Assembly (NCBI GenBank): GCA_031409275.1
Contig: JANNXA010000036.1
Span: 32,001-96,000 of the forward strand
Length of the DNA stretch: 64,000 nt
Reading direction: 5' to 3'
DNA from: Planctomycetota bacterium
GTDB taxonomy: Bacteria; Planctomycetota; B15-G4; SIAN01
Position numbers and translations under genes: made by a program. The notes beneath the pieces are model-generated. The model was not told the origin of the DNA and ran no database searches. It saw nothing but the letters and a program-made list of their open reading frames with translations. Of the stretch, positions 39,156 through 48,433 are shown piece after piece. Each line of letters starts with the position of its first letter. The stretch's first letter is position 1.

Positions 39156-39186
39156 CTGTAAGTCATTGAATAGAATCGACTTACAG
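39156..39186. repeat. Perfect 9-bp inverted repeat just 3' of tRNA-Cys
   Basis: CTGTAAGTC-attgaatagaatc-GACTTACAG. Confidence 0.85.
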
Positions 39187-39195
39187 TCGTCGAAC

Positions 39196-39270
39196 TGGAG
39201 GGGGCACCCGGATTTGAACCGGGGAATAACGGATTTGCAATCCGTTGCCTTACCGCTTGGCTATGCCCCC
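39196..39270 (-). tRNA. tRNA-Cys(GCA)
   Basis: GGGGGCATAGCCAAGCGGTAAGGC; anticodon arm ACGGA-TTGCAAA-TCCGT; GGTTCAAATCC; U73-CCA. Confidence 0.96.
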
Positions 39271-39514
39271 ATCCCGAAGCCGTTTCGCGCCTTCGGAAGG
39301 GGGGGCAACTTACGCGCGATCCTCGGCGCACGCAACCGGCTGTCGGGCGCCAATTGGCGCGCTGAACAGAATGGCGGCTGCATTCGACCCGTTGCCGACG
39401 CCCATGAATTCGTCGACCTCCATCGACGATTCCTCCGCGTCGCCTGCAGGGGTCGCGTCGTCCTGCGCCGCCTCGCGCGGTCTCGGGGAGACCCACTCCT
39501 TCTGTCAGACGCGC

Positions 39515-40468
39515 TCAGCCGTGGGCGTGAGCTTCGAGCCAGCGTTCGGCGTCGATCGCCGCCATGCAGCCGGTGCCCGCGGCGGTGACGGCCTGTCGGT
39601 AGACCGAATCCTGCACGTCCCCGCACGCGAAGACGCCCGGCACGTTGGTGTAGGTCGTCTTCGCCGCCGTCACCAGGTAGCCCTTCGAGTCGAGGTCGAG
39701 CTTGCCGACGAAGAGGTCGGTGTTGGGCTTGTGTCCGATCGCGATGAAGAGGCCACCGCACGCGAACTCGGTGCGCGCCTTCGTCTTGTAGTTCTCGAGC
39801 ACGACCGCGCGGATGCGCTTGTTGCCGTTGGTGTCGAGGACGTCGACCACCTCGCTGTCCCATACGAAGGCGATCTTCGGGTTCGCCTGCGCGCGGTCCG
39901 CCATGATCTTCGACGCGCGCAACTTGTCGCGACGATGCACGACCGTCACCTTGGAGGCGTAGCGCGTGAGGAAGTTGGCCTCCTCCATCGCCGTGTCGCC
40001 ACCACCGACGACGACGAGTTCCTTGTTCTTGAAGAAGGCGCCATCACACGTCGCGCAGGCCGAGACGCCGCCACCGGCATCGCGGATGCGCACTTCGTTG
40101 GGGAGGTTCAGCCAACGCGCTTCGGCGCCGGTGGCCACGATGAGCGTGTCGCAGGTGAGGTCCCCATCGGTCAACGTCTTCACCGTAAAGGGACGCTTGC
40201 TGAGATCGACTTCGCTCGCCCAGCTCTGCACGACCTTGGTCCCGAAGCGCACTGCCTGCGCCTCGAACACTTCCATCATCTTGGGTCCCATGACCCCGTG
40301 CTCGAATCCGGGGTAGTTCTCGACCTCGGTGGTCAGCATGAGCTGGCCGCCGCGCGCCGGACCGTGCAGCACGGTGGGCTCGAGATTGGCGCGCGCAGCG
40401 TAGATGGCCGCGGTCCAGCCCGCCGGCCCGGAACCGAGGATCAGCACTTTCGCGTGGTTCGCAGCCAT
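39515..40468 (-). CDS. trxB: Thioredoxin reductase
   Basis: GSGPAG, GGQL, VENYPGF, CATCDG, GGGDTAMEEA, HRRD, GDVQD. Confidence 0.97.
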   Translation of the reverse strand: MAANHAKVLILGSGPAGWTAAIYAARANLEPTVLHGPARGGQLMLTTEVENYPGFEHGVMGPKMMEVFEAQAVRFGTKVVQSWASEVDLSKRPFTVKTLTDGDLTCDTLIVATGAEARWLNLPNEVRIRDAGGGVSACATCDGAFFKNKELVVVGGGDTAMEEANFLTRYASKVTVVHRRDKLRASKIMADRAQANPKIAFVWDSEVVDVLDTNGNKRIRAVVLENYKTKARTEFACGGLFIAIGHKPNTDLFVGKLDLDSKGYLVTAAKTTYTNVPGVFACGDVQDSVYRQAVTAAGTGCMAAIDAERWLEAHAHG

Positions 40469-40485
40469 GTTCTCGTGGTTCTCCG

Positions 40486-41949
40486 TCACTCGAGGCTCTC
40501 GATGAGGCGGACCAGCAGGCGCACGCCGACGCCGCTTGCCCCGCCTTCGTAGGTTTCGTTGCGCGGCGTGTCCCAAGCCGTCCCGGCGATGTCGAGGTGC
40601 GCCCAGTTCAGGTCGCCGGCGAACTTGCGCAGGAACGCCGCCGCCGTCACGGCACCGCCGAAGCGCGTGCCGGAGTTCTTCAGATCGGCGACCGTCGAGC
40701 GCATCTCGTCGAGGTACTCCTCCCACAGCGGCAGCGGCCACACTCGCTCACCGCTCGCCTCGCCGGCGTTCTTCAGCTTCTGCGCCAGGTCGTCATGGTT
40801 GCAGAAGAGTCCGCTCGCGCGATGGCCGAGCGCGACGACGCACGCGCCGGTGAGCGTCGCGAGGTCGACCGTGTGATCGGGCGCCAGCTCCTGCGCGCGA
40901 CCGAGCGCGTCGGCCAGCACCAGGCGTCCCTCGGCATCCGTGTTGGTCACTTCGACGGTGAGGCCACCGTAGGTGGTCAGCACGTCGCCGGGCTTGATGG
41001 CGCGGCCGCCCGGCATGTTCTCGGTGCATGGAACGAGGCCGTAGACGCGCACCTTGGGCGCCACCTTCGGCAGCACCGAGAACGTGGCGAGCACGGCCGC
41101 GCCGCCGCACATGTCGAACTTCATCTCCTCCATTCCGGGCGCCGGCTTGAGCGAGATGCCGCCCGTGTCGAACGTGAGCCCCTTGCCGATGAGGCAGAGC
41201 GTGCGGCGGAAGCGACGCGGACGGTATTCGAGTTCGAGGAAGAAGGGCGGCTGCGCGGAGCCCTTCGCCACCGCGAGCAGGCCGCCGAAGCCGCGCCGTT
41301 CGAGTTCGGCGCGAGCGATCACCTTCAGCCGCAGCTTGCCGGTGCGCGCGAGCTTGCGAGCCTGATCGGCGAGATAACGCGGCGTCGCGATGTTGGACGG
41401 CTGGTTGCCGAGGTCGCGCGCAAAGCACTGCGCCTGACCGATCGCGCTGCCGATCGCGAGCGCGTCGCCGAAACGGCGCCGTTCGCTGGCGCTGCCGGCG
41501 TAGTGGACGGCCATCGAAGGGAGCCGATGCGGCGCGGCGTCGGTACGGACGCCGTGGAAGGAGTAGTTGCCGAGTTCGAGCCCTTCGCCGATGGCGCGGC
41601 CCGACTCCTCGACGGCGAGCGGGACCGGAGCGAGCGTGAGCGCCGCGCCGCTGAGCTTGTGCTGGCGCGCCCGCTTGACGACGGCCGCCGCCGCGCGACG
41701 CAGCGTGTCAGCACTGACTTTCTTCGGGTCGCCAAGTCCGACCAGCAGGATGCGCTGCTTGCCGGAATAGACCATCGCCGTCTCGAGCTCGCGGCCGGTG
41801 AAGTCCTTGGCGTCGATCGGCGCTCGCGCGACGTCGACGACCGCGAGCGGCAGCCCGCGCGCACGCAGCTGATCGGTCGCCAGCAACACGCCGACGAGTG
41901 GCGCGCGCTCGACCTCGATCTCCCCATCCCGACCGAACGCAACCTTCAT
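40486..41949 (-). CDS. pepA: Leucyl aminopeptidase (M17)
   Basis: GKGLTFDTGGISLK, MKFDMCG, NTDAEGRLVLAD, ATLTGA, WAHLDIAG. Confidence 0.95.
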   Translation of the reverse strand: MKVAFGRDGEIEVERAPLVGVLLATDQLRARGLPLAVVDVARAPIDAKDFTGRELETAMVYSGKQRILLVGLGDPKKVSADTLRRAAAAVVKRARQHKLSGAALTLAPVPLAVEESGRAIGEGLELGNYSFHGVRTDAAPHRLPSMAVHYAGSASERRRFGDALAIGSAIGQAQCFARDLGNQPSNIATPRYLADQARKLARTGKLRLKVIARAELERRGFGGLLAVAKGSAQPPFFLELEYRPRRFRRTLCLIGKGLTFDTGGISLKPAPGMEEMKFDMCGGAAVLATFSVLPKVAPKVRVYGLVPCTENMPGGRAIKPGDVLTTYGGLTVEVTNTDAEGRLVLADALGRAQELAPDHTVDLATLTGACVVALGHRASGLFCNHDDLAQKLKNAGEASGERVWPLPLWEEYLDEMRSTVADLKNSGTRFGGAVTAAAFLRKFAGDLNWAHLDIAGTAWDTPRNETYEGGASGVGVRLLVRLIESLE

Positions 41950-41974
41950 CGTGGTCCCCGCTTCCCGCCTCGAT

Positions 41975-43159
41975 TCAACGATGGTCCGGCGCCGCCCGCG
42001 CGAGCTCGCGCAAGGCCCCCACCGCGCGCGCGACCTCGCCCGAGCCTGACGCATGGCCGAACGAAAAGCGCAGCGTACCGTCCGCCGCCGTTCCCAGAAC
42101 CTGGTGCGTGCCGGGGTTGCAATGCAAGCCGGCTCGTTGCGTGATGGCGAACTCGCTCTCGAGGAGCGCGGCGGCTTCGGCGACCGAGTAGCCGCGGATC
42201 CGCATCGGGAAGACCGGCTCGCGCGCCGACATTCGCGGCGGACCGAACGACACGATGCCGTCGATCGCTGCGATGCTCGCGGCGAACTCGGCCCCGATCT
42301 CGGCGCGCGCAGCCGCGATCGCCGCGACGCCGCCAGCGCTCTGCCGCTCTTCGATCGCCACCGCAAGCCCGACGATGCCGGGCACGTTCGGCGAACCCGC
42401 TTCGAGCGCGCCTGGAAACTCCTCCGGCTGCAGCGGCGCCTCGCTGCGGTGACCGGTTCCACCCTCGCGCAACGGCCGCAGCTCGACCCCTTCGCGCGTC
42501 CACAGGAAGCCCGTTCCAAGCGGGCCTCCCGGCCCTTTGTGCCCGGCACCCGCAAGCAGGTCGGCCACCTCTGCAACGTCCTCGAGCGGCCGGTAGCCGG
42601 CGCTTTGCGCCACGTCGACGAGCAGCCACGGACGCCGATCGGAAGCATGCACCCGCAGCGCCGCGCCCACCGCCGTGACGGGCTGCAACGCACCGGTGAC
42701 ATTCGATGCGTGCGCCAGCACGACGAGGCGTGTGCGACGGTTCACCGCCGCGAGCAGCCGATCCGCCGCGACGACGCCGAACGCGTCGCCCGCGATGCGA
42801 TGGACGACGACGCCATGGTCGCGCTCCAGTCGCGCAAGCGGACGCGCCACCGAGTTGTGCTCGATCGTCGTCGTGACCACCTCATCGCCCGGCGACAGCG
42901 CCCCTTTGATCGCGAGGTTCAACGCATCGGTGGCGTTGAGGGTGAAGGTCACTCGCTCCGGCGTGGGGACGCCGAGGAGCTGCGCCACGAGTGCGCGCGC
43001 TTGCGCGATCGCGCGCGCGGCGGCGCGGCCTTGGGCACCGCCACCGCGATCGGGCGCCACGCCGGGATCGAACAGAGCGTGCGCGACGGCGGCGATGACG
43101 CGCGGCGACTTCGGCCACGACGTCGCAGCGTGATCGAGGTAGAGGAGCGGCGTGGTCAC
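41975..43159 (-). CDS. Cysteine desulfurase-family class V PLP enzyme
   Basis: YLDHAATSWPK, NATDALN, EHNSV, HASNVTG, DVAQSAG, GHKG, RAGLHC. Confidence 0.92.
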   Translation of the reverse strand: MTTPLLYLDHAATSWPKSPRVIAAVAHALFDPGVAPDRGGGAQGRAAARAIAQARALVAQLLGVPTPERVTFTLNATDALNLAIKGALSPGDEVVTTTIEHNSVARPLARLERDHGVVVHRIAGDAFGVVAADRLLAAVNRRTRLVVLAHASNVTGALQPVTAVGAALRVHASDRRPWLLVDVAQSAGYRPLEDVAEVADLLAGAGHKGPGGPLGTGFLWTREGVELRPLREGGTGHRSEAPLQPEEFPGALEAGSPNVPGIVGLAVAIEERQSAGGVAAIAAARAEIGAEFAASIAAIDGIVSFGPPRMSAREPVFPMRIRGYSVAEAAALLESEFAITQRAGLHCNPGTHQVLGTAADGTLRFSFGHASGSGEVARAVGALRELARAAPDHR

Positions 43160-45810
43160 TTGCTGTGAAGCGACTGGAACTGGTCGCGGAAGCGGCCTTG
43201 CGGATAGAGGCGCAAGTACTCGTCGACCGCGCGATCGATCTTCTTCTGTTCCGTCGCTTGCGCCGCCAGCGCCTTGAAGAGCAGCGGCCACGCCTCCTCC
43301 AGCTCGATCTTCTTCGCTGCCGCGATCGCGAGCGCGGTGCGCAGCGCGCCTTCGGCCTCCTTCGGATGGCCGCGCTCGAGTTCGATCCGGCCGAGGTTCA
43401 TGTGCGCGAGCGGATTGAGCGGCAGCAACTCGATCGAGCGGCGCAGCCCCGCGACCGCGCCGTCGACGTCGCCGGCGGCGTGCAGCCGCAGCGCCTCCTC
43501 GAACGCCGTCCGCGCTTCCGCTACGACCGGATCTTCGGCAGCGCGTTCTTCCGAGCGGAACTGCGCTACGACGGCCTGCATCCCGGCGCGATCGAAGTCG
43601 GCCGGGGCGATCGCGATCGCGCGCTCGAAGTGGACGATCGCCGCCGGACGGTCGTGCTGGAGCAGGCGACCGTAGCCCGCATCGCGACGCGCTTCGGCGA
43701 GTTCGCGGAACAAGGCCTCGTCCGTCATCCCAGACTCGACGACCTCTTCGAGCAGCACCACCGCCGCCTCGAACGCCCGCTGCTGCCGCGCGACGCCGGC
43801 CAAGGCACGCACCATCGGCGGCCGCCGACCGACGGCGGCGATGGCGCGATTCAATGCATCGCGCGCCGCGTCGACCCGGCCCTGGGCCACGAGGTGCGAC
43901 GCCGCCGCGACCGTCCCCCCCTCGATCTCCTCGCGAACACCCGGCAAGCCTGGATTCTTTTCGCGCGCCTCCAACATGCGGTCGATGCCGCGCTCGGCAA
44001 GATCGGCGTTGCTGCAGAAGAGGCGGCCTTCGAGCAGGATCGCTGCGGGATCTTCACGATCGAGCTGGCGCGCGCGGGCGACTTCCCGCAACCCGGCGTC
44101 CCATTCGTCGCGACCAAGGTAGATCCGCGCCAGCACCAGATGCGGACGCGCCTGATCGGGCGCGCGCTGCACCGCTTTCTCGGCCAGCGTGACTGCCTCG
44201 ACCAGCCGTTCCTGACCGACGCGCAGCAACGCCAGGCACTGCAGCTCGGCTGAGCTCGCGTCATCGGGGCGAGCGGCGGCGGCGCCGAGCAGTTGCTCGA
44301 CGAGCGGCACGACCGCCTTCACGAACGCGGGGTCGCGCGCGCTGCGATGGAGCGCCTCGACCATCACGGCGGCGACGGCGGAAACGTAGGCGCGATCGCT
44401 CCCGCGCGTCGCGGCCGCTTCAGCGAGCGCCTCCGCCACCGCCTCGGGACCGCGGCAGGGCAGCAGCAACTCGATGCGTCGCGCCTCGAGTTCTGGCAGC
44501 GGTGGCGCCGTCACCGGGCGACGCGCCAGCCATCGCTCGACCCAATCGAGCGCGCGCGCCTCATCACCGGCGCGCTCGCGATCCTGGAGCAATCGCCAGC
44601 CGAGTTCACGTTCGACGGCCGCAGCGAGCGGGCGTCGCTGCGCTGCAGCCGCCGCAAAGACGGATTCCTCGAGCGGTGCAGGATCACCATCGAGTTCGGC
44701 GAGTCGCGCCGCAGCGGACGGATGCGTCACGCCCACCAGTTTCGAGCGCAGGTCTCGCGCAGAGGCGGCGCCTGCCACCTGCAAACCCACCAGGAGAATG
44801 GCGGCCGCGCCGCCGACCTTCGGTTGGAGCGCTGCGAGCGCCGCGCTGACCAGCGCGATTCCCGGCAGCGCGACGGCGAGCGGAATCAGGCGCAGCGGGC
44901 GACCGATCGCGGTCAACACGATCGGGACGGCGATCACCAGCCCACCGACCAGCATCGCACGCGCGGCGCGTCGATGGACGGCGCTCACCAGCACCGAGAG
45001 ACCGGCGAGGACGAACAGAGGTGACCAGATGGCGCTACCGAGCGCCGGGCGCCAGTTCGAGACGAACGGTTGCGAGGACACCACGCCGATGCCGCCTTCG
45101 ATCAGGCCGCGCATCGCGTCGCGCATCGCCGCGATCGCGTCCGGGAGGATCGTCGTGTCGTTGAGTCCCGTCCACGCGCCCGTCGCCACACCGATCGGCC
45201 ACCGCAGCAGCAGTTCGAGGGCGACCGGAACGATCAGCACGCCAAGTCCAACGACGATGCGGGACCGCGAACCGCTCTCGGGCGCCAGCAGCACCCACGC
45301 AGCGATCAATGGAAACAGCAACGCGCCCGCCGAAGCCCACGTGGCCAGCAGCAGCAGGAGCAGGGAAGCGACGGGTGGTCGGGAAGCGACAAGACCTCGC
45401 TCGACGAACGCGATCGCGGCGAGCATGGCCACGAGCAGGAGCAGGCCGCCTGGATCCCACAAGGCGCTCGAGGCGGCCGATGCAGCGACGAAGAGGCTCC
45501 CCGAAGCCAACGCGCCACGCCCCTTCGCGCCGAGCGCGACCGCGCAACGGCCCGTCAGCCATCCGCCCAGCGCCAGCGCGATCACCAGCGCCGCGCGCCA
45601 AAGGACCAGTTTGACTCCGCTGTCCGGCGCGGCGACGAGGAAGCGCAATCCTGGCCACGCGCTCGCCATCGTCACCGAGCCGTCGAACAGCAGGCGCGGC
45701 TGAAGCAGCGCCGGCATGGCCGCGAGCATCGCCACCGCGAGCAGCAGCAATCCCTCGACGATTCCGCGACGACGCCCTGTCGGCTCGACGATCTCGACCC
45801 GCTGTTCCAA
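43156..45810 (-). CDS. Polytopic membrane protein with C-terminal TPR repeats
   Basis: Hydrophobic N-terminal ~350 aa, then TPR-like helices (PHLVLARIYL, LAHMNLGRI); overlaps the desulfurase start. Confidence 0.7.
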   Translation of the reverse strand: MEQRVEIVEPTGRRRGIVEGLLLLAVAMLAAMPALLQPRLLFDGSVTMASAWPGLRFLVAAPDSGVKLVLWRAALVIALALGGWLTGRCAVALGAKGRGALASGSLFVAASAASSALWDPGGLLLLVAMLAAIAFVERGLVASRPPVASLLLLLLATWASAGALLFPLIAAWVLLAPESGSRSRIVVGLGVLIVPVALELLLRWPIGVATGAWTGLNDTTILPDAIAAMRDAMRGLIEGGIGVVSSQPFVSNWRPALGSAIWSPLFVLAGLSVLVSAVHRRAARAMLVGGLVIAVPIVLTAIGRPLRLIPLAVALPGIALVSAALAALQPKVGGAAAILLVGLQVAGAASARDLRSKLVGVTHPSAAARLAELDGDPAPLEESVFAAAAAQRRPLAAAVERELGWRLLQDRERAGDEARALDWVERWLARRPVTAPPLPELEARRIELLLPCRGPEAVAEALAEAAATRGSDRAYVSAVAAVMVEALHRSARDPAFVKAVVPLVEQLLGAAAARPDDASSAELQCLALLRVGQERLVEAVTLAEKAVQRAPDQARPHLVLARIYLGRDEWDAGLREVARARQLDREDPAAILLEGRLFCSNADLAERGIDRMLEAREKNPGLPGVREEIEGGTVAAASHLVAQGRVDAARDALNRAIAAVGRRPPMVRALAGVARQQRAFEAAVVLLEEVVESGMTDEALFRELAEARRDAGYGRLLQHDRPAAIVHFERAIAIAPADFDRAGMQAVVAQFRSEERAAEDPVVAEARTAFEEALRLHAAGDVDGAVAGLRRSIELLPLNPLAHMNLGRIELERGHPKEAEGALRTALAIAAAKKIELEEAWPLLFKALAAQATEQKKIDRAVDEYLRLYPQGRFRDQFQSLHSK

Positions 45811-46003
45811 ACCGGCCTCCGACCGCAGTCGCTCGCGGCACCCGGTGCCCTCGTTGGGTGCTCGCTCCCATGCGACGCGCGGGCGAGCAGTATGACGCGC
45901 CGCCGCGCTGCGGGATGCATCGCTACGATCCGACGCACCGCTGCGTCAGGCATGAGCGCACCGCGCGGAACTCTCGCAAGGCGTCGGACGAGACGGCATC
46001 GCA

Positions 46004-46831
46004 ATGGACCAGCGTCACGAGCGACTGACTTTCGAGTTGCGCGTCCACGGTCGCGCCGGAATGCAGCGTTGGCTGCGGCCGCCCGCATCGCAAGTCGGGG
46101 GCATCACGGCTCAGGCGCGCGTCCCAGCGACCGCCACCCCAAAGGCTTCCGCGCCCGTCCTCCCCGTGACGGCGTTGACCTCTTTCAATCGATCGCCGCC
46201 GCCATCCGGACCGACCGCCCCGGTGGGGATTGGATCGGTTTCAGATCTAACCACTGCGGAGCGTCATGAGCGCCTCGCCCAGTTGTCCGACGAAGTTCGT
46301 GCTTGCACGAAATGCAAATTGTGCGAATACCGAACTAACGCCGTCCCAGGCGAGGGGGCAATCGACCCGCCGATCCTCTTCATCGGCGAGGGCCCGGGAG
46401 AGGACGAGGACGCGAGCGGTCGTCCCTTCGTCGGACGCGCTGGCCAGCTCCTCGACAAGATGATCGGCGCCATCCGCTTCCGGCGCGACGAACTCTTCAT
46501 CGCAAACTTGGTGAAGTGCCGACCGCCGCAGAATCGCAATCCAGAGCCAGACGAAGCCAGCGCTTGCCTGCCGTATCTCGTGCGTCAGATCGAGCTGCTT
46601 CGTCCACGACTGATCTGCACGCTCGGGTTGCCGGCCACGCGGGCGCTCCTGCCGGACGTGCGCTCGATCAGCGCGGTTCGCGGTCGCCTTCAACAATGGA
46701 ATGGGCTGCCGCTGATTCCGACGTTCCATCCGGCCTACCTGCTGCGTACTCCGGAAGCGAAGCACGACGCTTGGAACGACCTCAAGTTGGTGGCACGCAC
46801 CGTGGGTCGCCCGGTCGACGGCGCGTCGTAA
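46004..46831 (+). CDS. Uracil-DNA glycosylase family 4 (Fe-S); start uncertain
   Basis: CTKCKL, GEGPG..ED, PFVGRAG, KCRPPQNRNP, TFHPAYLLR. Confidence 0.93.
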   Translation: MDQRHERLTFELRVHGRAGMQRWLRPPASQVGGITAQARVPATATPKASAPVLPVTALTSFNRSPPPSGPTAPVGIGSVSDLTTAERHERLAQLSDEVRACTKCKLCEYRTNAVPGEGAIDPPILFIGEGPGEDEDASGRPFVGRAGQLLDKMIGAIRFRRDELFIANLVKCRPPQNRNPEPDEASACLPYLVRQIELLRPRLICTLGLPATRALLPDVRSISAVRGRLQQWNGLPLIPTFHPAYLLRTPEAKHDAWNDLKLVARTVGRPVDGAS

Positions 46832-46915
46832 CCGCATGCGTCGGCGGGCCACGGCTTCGCTAGAAACGAGGCAGCGGCGCAGAGCGCGGGGGCGCAACGA
46901 GGCGGAGGATCTGCC

Positions 46916-48433
46916 GTGCTGATGCGACCGTCCGCATGGGGAGTCGAGCTCACGGGTGGCGCCGTGCGTGCCGTCAGGGTGCAGCGACGCGGCCAGAAAT
47001 TCGCGATCGTCGACGTCGTCGATCAACCCGTGAGCCCGCCCGGCGAGGGCGCCGAGGAGCTCTCCGCCCATCTGCCAGACGCCGTCGGGCGCGCCCTCAC
47101 CGACTTGCTTCAAGCGCGCCGCGGCACGCTCGGGGATGCGATCTTCGTCGCGCTGCCGGTCTTCGGGGCGAAACACGGTCGGGTCGACGTGCCGGTCACC
47201 GATCCAGCGCGGGCGCCGGGCCTGCTCGAATTCGAACTGCATCAGGCGATCGCGGTCGACCTCGACGGCTGGATCGTTCGCACCACGCCGCCGCGGCGAC
47301 GCGAATCGCAGACGACCTCGTGCGACTACTTCGCCCAGCGCCGCACGCTCGTGTCGAGTTTCGTCGCGGACTTGCGTCGATTCGGGCTGCCGCTCGATGG
47401 ACTGATGCCGGGCCCACTCGCGCTTGCCCGCTACGTCGACGCCGAGTGGCCGCATCCGGGGCGACGGTTGGCGATCGAGTGTCAGCGCACGCGAACGGAT
47501 CTGCTCGTCCTCGACGGGGAACGGGACCGCCACTGGCGCTCGCTTCCGTTCGGCTGCGGGACGCTGGCCGATCTACCGGTGGGAGCCGCGAGTCGCGAGC
47601 GCGACGCGACGCGCACTGCGACGCAACTCGTCCGTGAACTGCGCGAGGCCCATGCAACGTGGTTCGGGCCGCACGACGGCAGAACCCTCGATCGCGTCAT
47701 CTTGCTGGGCGAAGGCACGCGACACGAAGAGCTGCGCCGCGCGCTCGAGCGCGAGCTCGGGCAACCGATCGTCACTCCTCACTTGCCGCGCCGCTTCAGC
47801 GTGAGTTCCCGCGCCGCGCCGCATCACCCGCTGCAATTCGGAACCGCGCTCGGTCTCGCGATGGCGGCGCTGTCGACCGCGCCCGAACCGTGGTCGCTGC
47901 TCCCAGCGTCGCGAACGCGAAGTGTCGCACGCACGCTGCCGGCCTGGAGCGCGGCGCTATTCGTGATCGCGATCGGATTGCTGGCCACCGGAACGCTGGC
48001 GCAGCGCGAGCGGACGACGCTGCGCACGCAACTCGCCGAAATCCAGAAGAAGACCGACTTCGGTGCGCACACGGACTGGGCCGCCGCACTCGCGACGGCG
48101 GAGCGCGCCACCGAGGAGACACGCGCGTTGATCGCTGAGGCGGCGCTCGTCCGCCGCCGCTTGCCGTTCCCTGGCGCGCTGTTGAAGGCGATGTCCGACC
48201 CGGCGATCTTCTTCCGGCTCATCGACTGCGAGCTGGTGCCAGGCGACTCCGCCGACAGCGCGCGGCTGGTTTTCGAAGTCGACGAGGGTCTCGTCGGAGC
48301 GATCGCCTCGATCCGAGCGTTCCTGGCGGAAAAGGCCGCCCTCTCCGTGACCTCGGTCGAGGAGCAGCGCAGCGATGACCGCGTCCTGCGCTTGACGATC
48401 GTTGCCGCGATGACGCACGGGAGCTCGTCATGA
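46916..48433 (+). CDS. PilM-like actin-fold protein fused to a PilN-like TM/periplasmic part (GspL-like layout)
   Basis: WGVELTGGAVRAV, RSLPFG, RVILLGEG, FGTALGLA, then a TM helix and coiled coil. Confidence 0.6.
   Translation: MLMRPSAWGVELTGGAVRAVRVQRRGQKFAIVDVVDQPVSPPGEGAEELSAHLPDAVGRALTDLLQARRGTLGDAIFVALPVFGAKHGRVDVPVTDPARAPGLLEFELHQAIAVDLDGWIVRTTPPRRRESQTTSCDYFAQRRTLVSSFVADLRRFGLPLDGLMPGPLALARYVDAEWPHPGRRLAIECQRTRTDLLVLDGERDRHWRSLPFGCGTLADLPVGAASRERDATRTATQLVRELREAHATWFGPHDGRTLDRVILLGEGTRHEELRRALERELGQPIVTPHLPRRFSVSSRAAPHHPLQFGTALGLAMAALSTAPEPWSLLPASRTRSVARTLPAWSAALFVIAIGLLATGTLAQRERTTLRTQLAEIQKKTDFGAHTDWAAALATAERATEETRALIAEAALVRRRLPFPGALLKAMSDPAIFFRLIDCELVPGDSADSARLVFEVDEGLVGAIASIRAFLAEKAALSVTSVEEQRSDDRVLRLTIVAAMTHGSSS

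Noticed and set aside
38108..39270. Integrated plasmid or prophage at tRNA-Cys (parA next to a tRNA)
   Set aside because: No integrase, no duplicated tRNA 3' end seen, and flanking genes are housekeeping.
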